DNA from: an uncultured Bacilli bacterium
GTDB taxonomy: Bacteria; Bacillota_I; Bacilli_A; RF39; UBA660
Assembly: GCA_934096735.1 (NCBI GenBank)
Contig: CAKOMS010000003.1
Coordinates: forward strand, 7,298-71,297
DNA length: 64,000 bases
Direction of reading: 5' to 3'
Shown here: positions 55,478 to 64,000 of the stretch, piece by piece
Layout: each line of letters opens with the position of its first letter
Position numbering within the stretch: the first letter of the stretch is position 1
Position numbers and translations under genes: made by a program
The notes under the pieces: model-generated
What the model was told of the DNA's origin: nothing
Databases searched by the model: none
Seen by the model: only the letters and a program-made list of their open reading frames with translations

Positions 55478-58400
55478 GTGGCTTATAAAACCTTAAAATT
55501 TGGTGATTATCGCGAAAGAAGAAGCTTTGCAAAATCAAAAAATACGCTTGAATTAGCAGACTTATTGGAAATTCAAAAGAAGAGTTATCAAGACTTCTTA
55601 GAAAAAGGAATTAGAGAAGTTTTTGATGATTTATTTCCTGTGGAATCATTTACTGGTAACATTTCTTTAGAATTTGGAGATTATTCATTTGATACTCCAA
55701 GATATTCAATTAAGGAAGCAAAAGAAAGAATGGTTAATTATGCAGTACCTTTAAAAGTACAAGCAAGATTATTCGTTCATGAAACTGGAGAAGTTAAGGA
55801 ACAAGAAATATTCCTTGGGGATATGCCTTTAATGACTGATGCTGGAACATTCATTATTAATGGTGCAGAAAGAGTTATTGTTTCTCAACTTGTTAGAAGT
55901 CCATCTATTTATTTTAAAAGAGAAATAGATAAGAATGGTAGACACATTATTACAGGAGAAGTTATACCTAATAAAGGTACATGGCTAGAATTTGAAACTG
56001 ATGCTAAGAATGTTGTTTATGTAAGAATTGATCGTACTAGAAAAGTACCAGTTACAACTTTTTTAAGAGCACTTGGTTTATCTAGTGATGAAGATATTCA
56101 TGAAGTTTTTGGTGATAATGATTATTTAGCAACTACAATTGCAAAAGACAACACTAAAAATACTGATGAAGCATTAATTGAAATTTATGAAAAATTAAGA
56201 CCAGGTGAACCAGCAACACTTGATAGTGCTAAGAATCAATTAATAACTAGATTCTTTGATAGATTCCGTTATGATTTAGCAAAAGTTGGTCGTTATAAAT
56301 TCAATAAAAAATTAAATATTACTGAAAGATTACTTGGATGTACTTTAGCAGAAGATGTTAAGGTTGGTAAAAAAGTAGCATTTAGTAAAGGTACTTTAAT
56401 AGACAAAAAAGTATTACAAGAATTAAAGAAAATATTTCAAGATGGTTATAATTTAAAAGAAACTATTACTAATATGGAATTAGATGATTATAATAAGATT
56501 CAAACTATTAAAGTATTTGATAAAAACGATGGTAAAAAAATAGTAAAAGTAATTGGTATTGATACTACAACTGATGAAAAGAGGCTTACTATTCCTGATG
56601 TATATGCAGCAGTTAACTATTATTTAAACTTACATGATAATATTGGTAATACTGATGAAATTGATAACTTAGGAAATAGAAGAGTTAGACAAGTTGGAGA
56701 ACTTATTCAAAATCAATTTAGAACTGGTGTAGCTAGAATGGAAAGAGTTATTCGTGAAAGAATGACTACTCAAGAAATTGAAAATATTACACCTAAGACT
56801 CTTATTAATATAAGACCAGTTACTGCTGCTTTAAAAGAATTCTTTGGTTCATCACAACTTTCTAAGTTTATGGATCAAATTAATCCAATTGCAGAATTAA
56901 CTGATAAAAGACGTTTATCTAGTTTAGGACCAGGTGGACTTTCTCGTGATCGTGCTGGTATGGATGTACGTGATGTTAATAGTTCACACTATGGTAGAAT
57001 TTGTCCGATTGAATCTCCAGAAGGTCAAAATATCGGATTAATTACAAGTTTAGCAGGTTATGCTAAGATTAATGAATATGGATTTATTATGACACCTTAT
57101 AGAAGAGTTCAAGATGGTGTTGTAACTGATGAAATAGTTTATATGACTGCTGATGAAGAACAAGATTTATATATAAGTCAAGCAACAGTATTAATGGATA
57201 AAGATAATAAAATTGTTAATGATGAAATACTAGTTCGTCATAATGGTGATAACGTTATGGTTAAGAAAGAATTAGTAGATTATGTAGACGTTGCTCCTAG
57301 TCAAGTAGTATCTATTACAACTAGTTGTATTCCTTTCTTGGAATTCGATGATGCTAACCGTACATTAATGGGATCTAACATGCAAAGACAAGCTGTTCCA
57401 CTTTTAACTAGTGAAGCTCCAATTGTTGGTACTGGTGTAGAATGGATAGCTGCAAGAGATTCTGGAAGTACAGTAGTATGTAAAGCTGATGGTGTTGTTG
57501 AATATGCTGATGCTTTAAAAATAATTGTTAAAGTTGCAAATGGTACAGATACTTATCATTTAGCTAATTTTGAAAGAAGTAATGCTTCAAGTTCTATAAA
57601 TCATAAACCTTTAGTTAAAAAAGGTGATATGGTACATAAAGGACAAGTTATTGCAGATGGACCTTCTACTGAAAAAGGTGAACTTGCATTAGGTAAAAAT
57701 ATGACTGTAGCATTTATGACTTATAATGGATATAACTATGAAGATGCTGTTATATTAAATGAAAGACTTGTTAAAGATGATGTATATACTAGTTTACATA
57801 TTGATCACTATGATATAGATTGTCGTGATACAAAACTTGGACCTGAAGAAATTACAAGAGATATTCCAAATGTTGGAGAAGATGCAAGAAAGAATTTAGA
57901 TGCTGATGGAATTATTAAAATTGGTACTGAAGTTAAAGAAGGAGATATTTTAGTTGGTAAAGTTACTCCTAAAGGTGTACAAGAGCTTACTTCTGAAGAA
58001 AAATTGTTGCATGCAATATTTGGAGAAAAGACTCGTGAAGTTAGAGATACTTCTTTAAGAGTTGAACATGGTGCTGGTGGAGTTGTTCATGATGTTAAAG
58101 TTTATACTAAAGAAAATTCTGATGAATTACCTGCTGGTGTATCAAAAGTAATTAGAGTTTATATTATTCAAAAGAGAAAGATTCAAGTAGGAGATAAAAT
58201 GTCTGGACGTCATGGTAATAAGGGTGTTATTTCTCTAGTATTACCAGAAGAAGATATGCCATATTTACCAAATGGTAAACCTGTTGATGTTATGCTTAAT
58301 CCACTTGGTGTTCCATCTCGTATGAATATCGGACAAATTCTTGAATTACACTTAGGAATGGCTGGAAAAAGATTAGGTGTCCATTATGCTACTCCAGTAT

Positions 58401-59089
58401 TTGATAGTGCATCTTGGGAAGATATTCAAGAAGAAATGGCTGAAGCTGGAATGGATCCAGATGGTAAAACTGTACTTTATAATGGTAGAACTGGTGAACC
58501 ATTTGATCAAAGAATTTCAGTTGGTGTAATGTATATGGTTAAACTACATCATATGGTTGATGATAAATTACATGCAAGAGCTACTGGACCTTATTCTTTA
58601 GTTACTCAACAACCATTAGGTGGTAAAGCACAATTTGGTGGACAAAGATTTGGTGAAATGGAAGTTTGGGCATTGTATGCTTATGGTGCTGCTCATGTAT
58701 TACAAGAAATTTTAACTGTAAAAGCTGATGATATTGTTGGAAGAGTTAAAGTATATGAAGCATTAGTTAAAGGTAAACTTGTTAATCAAGCTGGTGTTCC
58801 AGAATCATTTAGAGTATTAGTTAAAGAGTTCCAAGCGTTAGGACTTGATGTACAAGTACTTGATAATAATGATAAGATTGTAGAATTTAAAGATTTAGAA
58901 GAAGATGAAGATGACAATGATTCATTTAAAATAGAAGAAATTGAACTTCCTCAAGGTAATGATGAGAAAGAAGAACCTTTTATTGAAGAAGATGAAGATG
59001 ATTTTGATGATGAATTAGATGAAGAACCTGATTTAGATGATTTAGAATTTCCACTAGATTTAGAAGAAGGGGACGAAGGTGAAGAATAA
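55478..59089 (+). CDS. rpoB: DNA-directed RNA polymerase subunit beta
   Basis: 1203 aa with unmistakable RpoB motifs ([23 protein letters not shown]). GTG start. The ~70-aa acidic C-terminal tail is unusual. Confidence 0.97.
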   Translation: MAYKTLKFGDYRERRSFAKSKNTLELADLLEIQKKSYQDFLEKGIREVFDDLFPVESFTGNISLEFGDYSFDTPRYSIKEAKERMVNYAVPLKVQARLFVHETGEVKEQEIFLGDMPLMTDAGTFIINGAERVIVSQLVRSPSIYFKREIDKNGRHIITGEVIPNKGTWLEFETDAKNVVYVRIDRTRKVPVTTFLRALGLSSDEDIHEVFGDNDYLATTIAKDNTKNTDEALIEIYEKLRPGEPATLDSAKNQLITRFFDRFRYDLAKVGRYKFNKKLNITERLLGCTLAEDVKVGKKVAFSKGTLIDKKVLQELKKIFQDGYNLKETITNMELDDYNKIQTIKVFDKNDGKKIVKVIGIDTTTDEKRLTIPDVYAAVNYYLNLHDNIGNTDEIDNLGNRRVRQVGELIQNQFRTGVARMERVIRERMTTQEIENITPKTLINIRPVTAALKEFFGSSQLSKFMDQINPIAELTDKRRLSSLGPGGLSRDRAGMDVRDVNSSHYGRICPIESPEGQNIGLITSLAGYAKINEYGFIMTPYRRVQDGVVTDEIVYMTADEEQDLYISQATVLMDKDNKIVNDEILVRHNGDNVMVKKELVDYVDVAPSQVVSITTSCIPFLEFDDANRTLMGSNMQRQAVPLLTSEAPIVGTGVEWIAARDSGSTVVCKADGVVEYADALKIIVKVANGTDTYHLANFERSNASSSINHKPLVKKGDMVHKGQVIADGPSTEKGELALGKNMTVAFMTYNGYNYEDAVILNERLVKDDVYTSLHIDHYDIDCRDTKLGPEEITRDIPNVGEDARKNLDADGIIKIGTEVKEGDILVGKVTPKGVQELTSEEKLLHAIFGEKTREVRDTSLRVEHGAGGVVHDVKVYTKENSDELPAGVSKVIRVYIIQKRKIQVGDKMSGRHGNKGVISLVLPEEDMPYLPNGKPVDVMLNPLGVPSRMNIGQILELHLGMAGKRLGVHYATPVFDSASWEDIQEEMAEAGMDPDGKTVLYNGRTGEPFDQRISVGVMYMVKLHHMVDDKLHARATGPYSLVTQQPLGGKAQFGGQRFGEMEVWALYAYGAAHVLQEILTVKADDIVGRVKVYEALVKGKLVNQAGVPESFRVLVKEFQALGLDVQVLDNNDKIVEFKDLEEDEDDNDSFKIEEIELPQGNDEKEEPFIEEDEDDFDDELDEEPDLDDLEFPLDLEEGDEGEE

Positions 59090-62000
59090 TGATAGATGTT
59101 AGTAAATTTAAAGGTTTAAAAATTAGTATTGCATCTCCAGAAAAGATTAGAAGTTGGTCTTATGGAGAAGTAAAAAAACCAGAAACTATAAATTATCGTA
59201 CTTTAAAGCCTGAAAGAGATGGATTATTTTGTGAAAAAATATTTGGACCTACAAAAGACTTTGAATGTTCTTGTGGAAAATATAAAAGATTAAGATATAA
59301 AAATGTTGTTTGTGATAGATGTGGTGTAGAAGTTACAAGAAGTAAAGTAAGAAGAGAAAGAATGGGACATATTGAACTTGCTGCACCTTGTTCTCACATT
59401 TGGTTCTTTAAAGGTGTTCCTTCTAAAATGGGATTAGTATTAGATATGAGTCCAAGGGATTTGGAAGAAGTATTATACTTTGTATCATATGTAGTAATAG
59501 ATCCAGGTAATGTACCTTTAGAAGAAAAACAAACTTTAACCGATAAAGAATATAGAGCATATTATGAAAAATATGGAAATACTTTTAAAGTAGGAATGGG
59601 TGCTGAAGCTATTCAAGAATTACTTAAAAAAGTAGATTTAGAAAAAGAAATTGAAAAAGTTAGAAAAGAATTAGAGAATGCAACTAGTCAAAAGAGAATT
59701 AGACTTGTTAAAAGACTTGATGCATTAGTAGCATTTCATGAATCAGGAAATAAACCTGAATGGATGGTTTTAACTGTTTTACCAGTTATTCCTCCAGAAC
59801 TTAGACCTATGATTCAATTAGATGGTGGTAGATTTGCTACAAGTGATTTAAATGATTTATATAGAAGAATTATTAATAGAAATAATCGTTTAAAGAAATT
59901 ACTTGAACTTGGTGCTCCAACTATTATTGTTCAAAATGAAAAAAGAATGCTTCAAGAAGCAGTAGATTCATTATTTGATAATGGTAGAAGAGGAAGAAGT
60001 ATAACTGCTGCATCTAATAGACCATTAAAATCTTTATCTAGTATGTTAAAGGGAAAACAAGGTAGATTCCGTCAAAACTTATTAGGTAAAAGAGTTGACT
60101 ATTCTGGTCGTTCAGTTATTGTTGTAGGACCTAGTCTTAAAATGTATCAATGTGGATTACCAAAAGAAATGGCTATTGAGTTATTTAAACCGCATGTTAT
60201 ACATGGTTTAGTTGAAAGAGGTCTTGCACATAATATTAAGGGTGCTAAGAAGTTAATTGATAGTAGAGATGAATGTGTATGGGATGTTGTTGAAGATGTA
60301 ATTACTGAATATCCTGTAATGTTAAACCGTGCTCCAACACTACATAGATTAGGTATTCAAGCATTTGAACCTAAATTAGTTGGTGGTAAAGCAATTAGAC
60401 TACATCCACTTGTATGTACTGCATTTAATGCCGATTTCGATGGTGACCAAATGGCTGTCCATGTACCACTTTCTGAAGAAGCTAAAGCCGAAGCTAGAAT
60501 TCTTATGTTAGGTGCTAATAATATTTTAAATCCTAAAGATGGAAAACCTATTGTTACACCAAGCCAAGATATGGTATTAGGTAATTGTTATTTAACTATG
60601 GAAGAAGAAGGTCTTAATAATGAAGGTAAGGCTTATAAAGATTGTAATGAAGCATTAATGGCTTATGAAAGAAGAGAGTTATCTTTACATACAAGAATTG
60701 CTATTCCAGTTAAATCATTTAAACATAAATTATTTACTGAAGAACAAATGGATAAATATTTAGTTACTACTGTAGGTAAAATTAAATTTAATGAAATACT
60801 TCCAGATACTTTCCCTTATTTAAATGAAGGTACAAAAGAAAATATTGAAGGAATTACTCCAATGAAATATTTCTTACCAATGGGAACTAATTTAGAAGAG
60901 GAAATTAAAAAGATGCCTTTGGTTAGTCCATTTATTCAAAAGACTTTAGGTCAAATAATTGCTCAAGTATTTAAAAGATATAAAACTACTGAAACTTCTG
61001 TAATGCTTGATAAATTAAAAAATCAAGGATTTAAATATTCAACTATAGCTGGTATTACAGTATCTGCTGCAGATGTTGTAAGAAGTGATGCTAAGAATGA
61101 AATTATTGCAGATGCTAAGAGTAGAGTTGATAAGATTAATAAACAATATCAAAAAGGGTTAATTACTGAACAAGAAAGATATAATGGTGTTATTCAAATT
61201 TGGACAGAAGCTACTGATCAAGTTAAGAATGCACTTGCTGCAATAAGTAAAGATGATTTTAAAAATCCAATCTTTATGATGATGAATAGTGGTGCCAGAG
61301 GTAAAATATCTAACTTTACACAACTTGCTGGTATGAGAGGTTTGATGGCTAAACCAGATGGTACTACAGTTGAAATTCCTATTACATCATGTTTTATGGA
61401 AGGGTTATCAGTTTCTGAATTCTTCTTATCTACACATGGATCTAGAAAAGGTTCAGCTGATACAGCACTTCGTACTGCAGACTCAGGTTACTTAACAAGA
61501 AGACTTGTTGATGTTGCACAAGATATAATTGTTAAAGAACATGATTGTGGTACTATTCAAGGTGTAATGGTATATGATTTAATTAATGATAAAGATGGTT
61601 CTGTTATTGAATCACTTGCTGAAAGAATTTTAGGAAGATATGCTTCTAAGAAAATTATTAATCCAGAAACTAAAGAAACTATTCTAGAAGCTGGAGAAAT
61701 GATAACTGAAAATATTGTTTCTAAAATTATTAAAGCAGGTATTAAAAAGGTTGAAATTAGAAGTTGCTTAACTTGTAAGACTGTTAATGGCGTTTGCCAA
61801 AAATGTTATGGTAGAAATCTTGCAACTGGTAATTTGGTTGAAACTGGTGAAGCTGTTGGTATCATGGCTGCTCAATCTATTGGAGAACCTGGTACACAAC
61901 TTACAATGAGAACATTCCATACTGGTGGTGTTGCTGGTGGAGATGATATTACTCAAGGTTTACCAAGAGTTGAAGAATTATTTGAAGCAAGAATTCCTAA

Positions 62001-62745
62001 ATTTAAAGCTACAGTAGCAGAAATTACTGGTAAAGTAATAAATATTACTGAAAATAATGGTAAACATACTATTACTATTGAAAATGCTTCAGGAGTAAAA
62101 GATCATGTTACTAATTACAATATGAAACTTAGAGTTGAAGTTGGAGATGAAGTTAATGCTGGTGATAAATTAACTGAAGGTGTTATTTCACCAAAAGAAT
62201 TATTAGCAGTTACTGATCCACTTACTGCTCAAGAATATATCTTAAAAGAAATTCAAAATGTTTATAAACTTCAAGGTGTTGATATTAATGATAAACACAT
62301 TGAAATAATTGTTAAGAGAATGATTAATAAAGTAAGAATTATTGATGCTGGAGATACTGATTTTGTTGAAGGTCTAACAGTAAGTTTAAGAGAATTTGCT
62401 GATGGAAATAAACCAGTTATCTTAAATGGTGGAGTACCTGCTAAAGGAAATCCAATCATGTTAGGTATTACTAAATCTTCACTTGAAACTGATTCATTCT
62501 TATCTGCTGCATCATTCCAAGAAACAACAAGAGTTCTTACTGATGCTGCTATGAGAGGTAAATGTGATAATTTAGTAGGATTAAAAGAAAATGTTATTAT
62601 TGGTAAATTAATTCCTGCTGGTACAGGTGCTAAACAATATAGTGATATTGAATTAGAACTTGAAAAAGAATTATTAGATGATGATGCTGCTGAAGTATTA
62701 GAAGAAAAATTTTTAGCAGATAAACCTGAAGAAGAAACTATATAA
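59089..62745 (+). CDS. rpoC: DNA-directed RNA polymerase subunit beta'
   Basis: 1218 aa; [12 protein letters not shown] catalytic motif and a zinc-binding CX2C pattern near the N-terminus. Confidence 0.97.
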   Translation: MIDVSKFKGLKISIASPEKIRSWSYGEVKKPETINYRTLKPERDGLFCEKIFGPTKDFECSCGKYKRLRYKNVVCDRCGVEVTRSKVRRERMGHIELAAPCSHIWFFKGVPSKMGLVLDMSPRDLEEVLYFVSYVVIDPGNVPLEEKQTLTDKEYRAYYEKYGNTFKVGMGAEAIQELLKKVDLEKEIEKVRKELENATSQKRIRLVKRLDALVAFHESGNKPEWMVLTVLPVIPPELRPMIQLDGGRFATSDLNDLYRRIINRNNRLKKLLELGAPTIIVQNEKRMLQEAVDSLFDNGRRGRSITAASNRPLKSLSSMLKGKQGRFRQNLLGKRVDYSGRSVIVVGPSLKMYQCGLPKEMAIELFKPHVIHGLVERGLAHNIKGAKKLIDSRDECVWDVVEDVITEYPVMLNRAPTLHRLGIQAFEPKLVGGKAIRLHPLVCTAFNADFDGDQMAVHVPLSEEAKAEARILMLGANNILNPKDGKPIVTPSQDMVLGNCYLTMEEEGLNNEGKAYKDCNEALMAYERRELSLHTRIAIPVKSFKHKLFTEEQMDKYLVTTVGKIKFNEILPDTFPYLNEGTKENIEGITPMKYFLPMGTNLEEEIKKMPLVSPFIQKTLGQIIAQVFKRYKTTETSVMLDKLKNQGFKYSTIAGITVSAADVVRSDAKNEIIADAKSRVDKINKQYQKGLITEQERYNGVIQIWTEATDQVKNALAAISKDDFKNPIFMMMNSGARGKISNFTQLAGMRGLMAKPDGTTVEIPITSCFMEGLSVSEFFLSTHGSRKGSADTALRTADSGYLTRRLVDVAQDIIVKEHDCGTIQGVMVYDLINDKDGSVIESLAERILGRYASKKIINPETKETILEAGEMITENIVSKIIKAGIKKVEIRSCLTCKTVNGVCQKCYGRNLATGNLVETGEAVGIMAAQSIGEPGTQLTMRTFHTGGVAGGDDITQGLPRVEELFEARIPKFKATVAEITGKVINITENNGKHTITIENASGVKDHVTNYNMKLRVEVGDEVNAGDKLTEGVISPKELLAVTDPLTAQEYILKEIQNVYKLQGVDINDKHIEIIVKRMINKVRIIDAGDTDFVEGLTVSLREFADGNKPVILNGGVPAKGNPIMLGITKSSLETDSFLSAASFQETTRVLTDAAMRGKCDNLVGLKENVIIGKLIPAGTGAKQYSDIELELEKELLDDDAAEVLEEKFLADKPEEETI

Positions 62746-62750
62746 TATAT

Positions 62751-62787
62751 AAAGCAATCAATTTAATTATTGGTTGCTTTTTTTATT
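62751..62787 (+). terminator. rho-independent terminator after rpoC
   Basis: aaagcaatcaa ... ttggttgcttt stem followed by T7. Confidence 0.65.
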
Positions 62788-62830
62788 TAATGTTAGTTTT
62801 TTTAAAGTAGTTAGTACTTTGAATTTTTAC

Positions 62831-62859
62831 TTGAATAAAAATAAATTTTATAGTAATAT
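62831..62859 (+). promoter_or_regulatory. putative promoter of family copy 3
   Basis: TTGAAT, 17 nt spacer, TAATAT; conserved with the other two copies. Confidence 0.35.
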
Positions 62860-62920
62860 TTTAATAGATGATAGAAAATAAGTAAGAAATAACTCTTACT
62901 TACTCGGAGGTTGATTAAAA

Positions 62921-64000
62921 TGAAAAAAATAGACTTCCGGGGGGGGGGTTGTGAAACTCCTTCTTGGAATAGAAATAATAACTTTATTTTTAGGGATTAA
63001 AAGTTTTGGTAATAAAAATAATACATTAGATGATATTAAATTGTTAGATAATAAATCTAATAATCTTTTTGCAATTATGGTTAAAGATTCTAGTGGTAAT
63101 TATAATGAATCAAGTACATTTCCAGAAGGAGCATACATATTAAATGAAGGAATGTCATCATGTATAGATAATAATGGTAATAAGATAGATAATGTATTAA
63201 GTTATAGTGATGGGGTAGTATCAGCAAGAACAAATAAGACAGTATATTGTTATTTATATTTTGATAAAGACAATAGTGTATATGCAAAAGTAATAGATGA
63301 TTATGAAAATAATAATGGTGTTAAAAAGACAACAGATGAAAATGGAAAAGATGTGTATTATTATATAGGAAATATAACAAATAATAATATACTATTTAAT
63401 AATTATTGTTGGAAAATGGTAAGGACAACTGAAACAGATGGAGTAAAGCTCATTTACAACGGAGTATATAAAGAAGATACAAAATGCAATAATACAGGAA
63501 CAGATGTTTATATAAATCAAAATAAAGTTGCACTTAATAAAATAGGTGATTCACCAGCACATGTAGGGTATATGTATGGAACAGTGTATGCATCTTCTTC
63601 AAAATCAGCATCAAACTTTGGAACATACTATTATGGAAGTGATGTAACATGGAATGGAACAACGTATACATTAAGTGATGCAGAAAGTGGAGCAATAGCA
63701 GATATGTATAGTAAACTTAGTACAAAACATTATACATGTTTAAGTACAAGTTCAAGTTGTTCAACAGTTTATTATATTTATCATATGGGTAGTACAACGA
63801 GTATAGCATATTATATGACATTAACAAATGGTAAAAAAATAGAAGATCTCTTAGATGAAATGTTTAATTATAATACAACAAGTAGTAATATAAAGACAGT
63901 AATAGATAATTGGTATAGTACAAACATGACAAATGTAACAGATTATTTAGAGAATGCAATATATTGTAATAATAGAAACATATATAATTTAGGAGGATGG
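62921..64000 (+). CDS. paralogous surface protein, copy 3 (3' end outside window; signal-anchor segment read out of frame)
   Basis: The frame is open from ATG 62921 to the window edge (360 codons). Residues 10-23 read GCETPSWNRNNNFI instead of the hydrophobic VVKLLLGIE(I/L)ITLF, because of G10 (+1) and a T4 run at 62988..62991 (-1 relative to T5 in the other copies). Confidence 0.75.
62940..62949 (+). repeat. G10 homopolymer
   Basis: Ten consecutive G counted directly. Confidence 0.9.

Noticed and set aside
1-64000. Search for the DGR partner elements (reverse transcriptase ORF, Avd-like gene, template repeat matching tggttgctgtccccttac...)
   Set aside because: Neither an RT-like ORF nor a third copy of the block borders is visible anywhere in the window, so the DGR idea remains a hypothesis that depends on sequence outside it.
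1-64000. CRISPR arrays, tRNA/rRNA genes, intact IS elements or prophage genes
   Set aside because: I saw no regularly spaced direct repeats, no GC-rich tRNA/rRNA-like islands, and no transposase, integrase or recombinase ORFs. The only mobile-element-like trace is the ATPase remnant at 50662..50924.

Overview
AT-rich segment (well under 30% G+C by eye) from the chromosome of an endospore-forming low-GC Firmicute; spoIVA and an intact pro-sigma-K gene are present, but the taxon cannot be fixed from sequence alone. Most of the window is + strand housekeeping: rmuC, pduL, dusB, addBA, murC, nrdD/nrdG, murD, a cysteine desulfurase, lysS with a T-box leader, a ClpC-like ATPase, sigK, polA, mutM, cca, dnaD, nth, spoIVA, hup, a ybxB-like methyltransferase and rpoB-rpoC. 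The accessory content is concentrated in four places. (1) 22.7-30.4 kb holds a collagen-like (GxT repeat) protein, divergent from a GT2-TPR glycosyltransferase and an SGNH hydrolase. These are followed by a translationally coupled operon: radical SAM, HIT-like, transglutaminase-like/PRTase fusion, NADAR-like. (2) 33.2-35.5 kb holds a class B sortase with a large N-terminal extension, next to a small NKQTG-motif surface protein. (3) 48.1-50.9 kb is a small islet with an XRE regulator, a secreted protein, a structured orphan region and an ATPase gene remnant. (4) Most striking is a three-member paralogous membrane-anchored protein family at 31.2-33.1 kb, 53.1-54.6 kb and 62.9 kb to the window end. 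Each copy has its own conserved promoter and leader and a G9/G10 homopolymer a few codons after the ATG. The three copies are in three different frame states; copy 3 has a compensating T5->T4 change that recodes only the signal-anchor segment. The two complete copies also carry a C-terminal ~115 nt adenine-depleted, ~55% G+C hypervariable block. Its codon pattern looks like a diversity-generating retroelement (DGR) variable region, but no reverse transcriptase (RT) or template repeat (TR) lies in the window. A further oddity is nrdD: it is split by TAA-TAA-TAA plus a Shine-Dalgarno into a 758-aa catalytic protein and a separate in-frame 51-aa glycyl-radical peptide. No rRNA, tRNA, CRISPR array or intact mobile element was seen.
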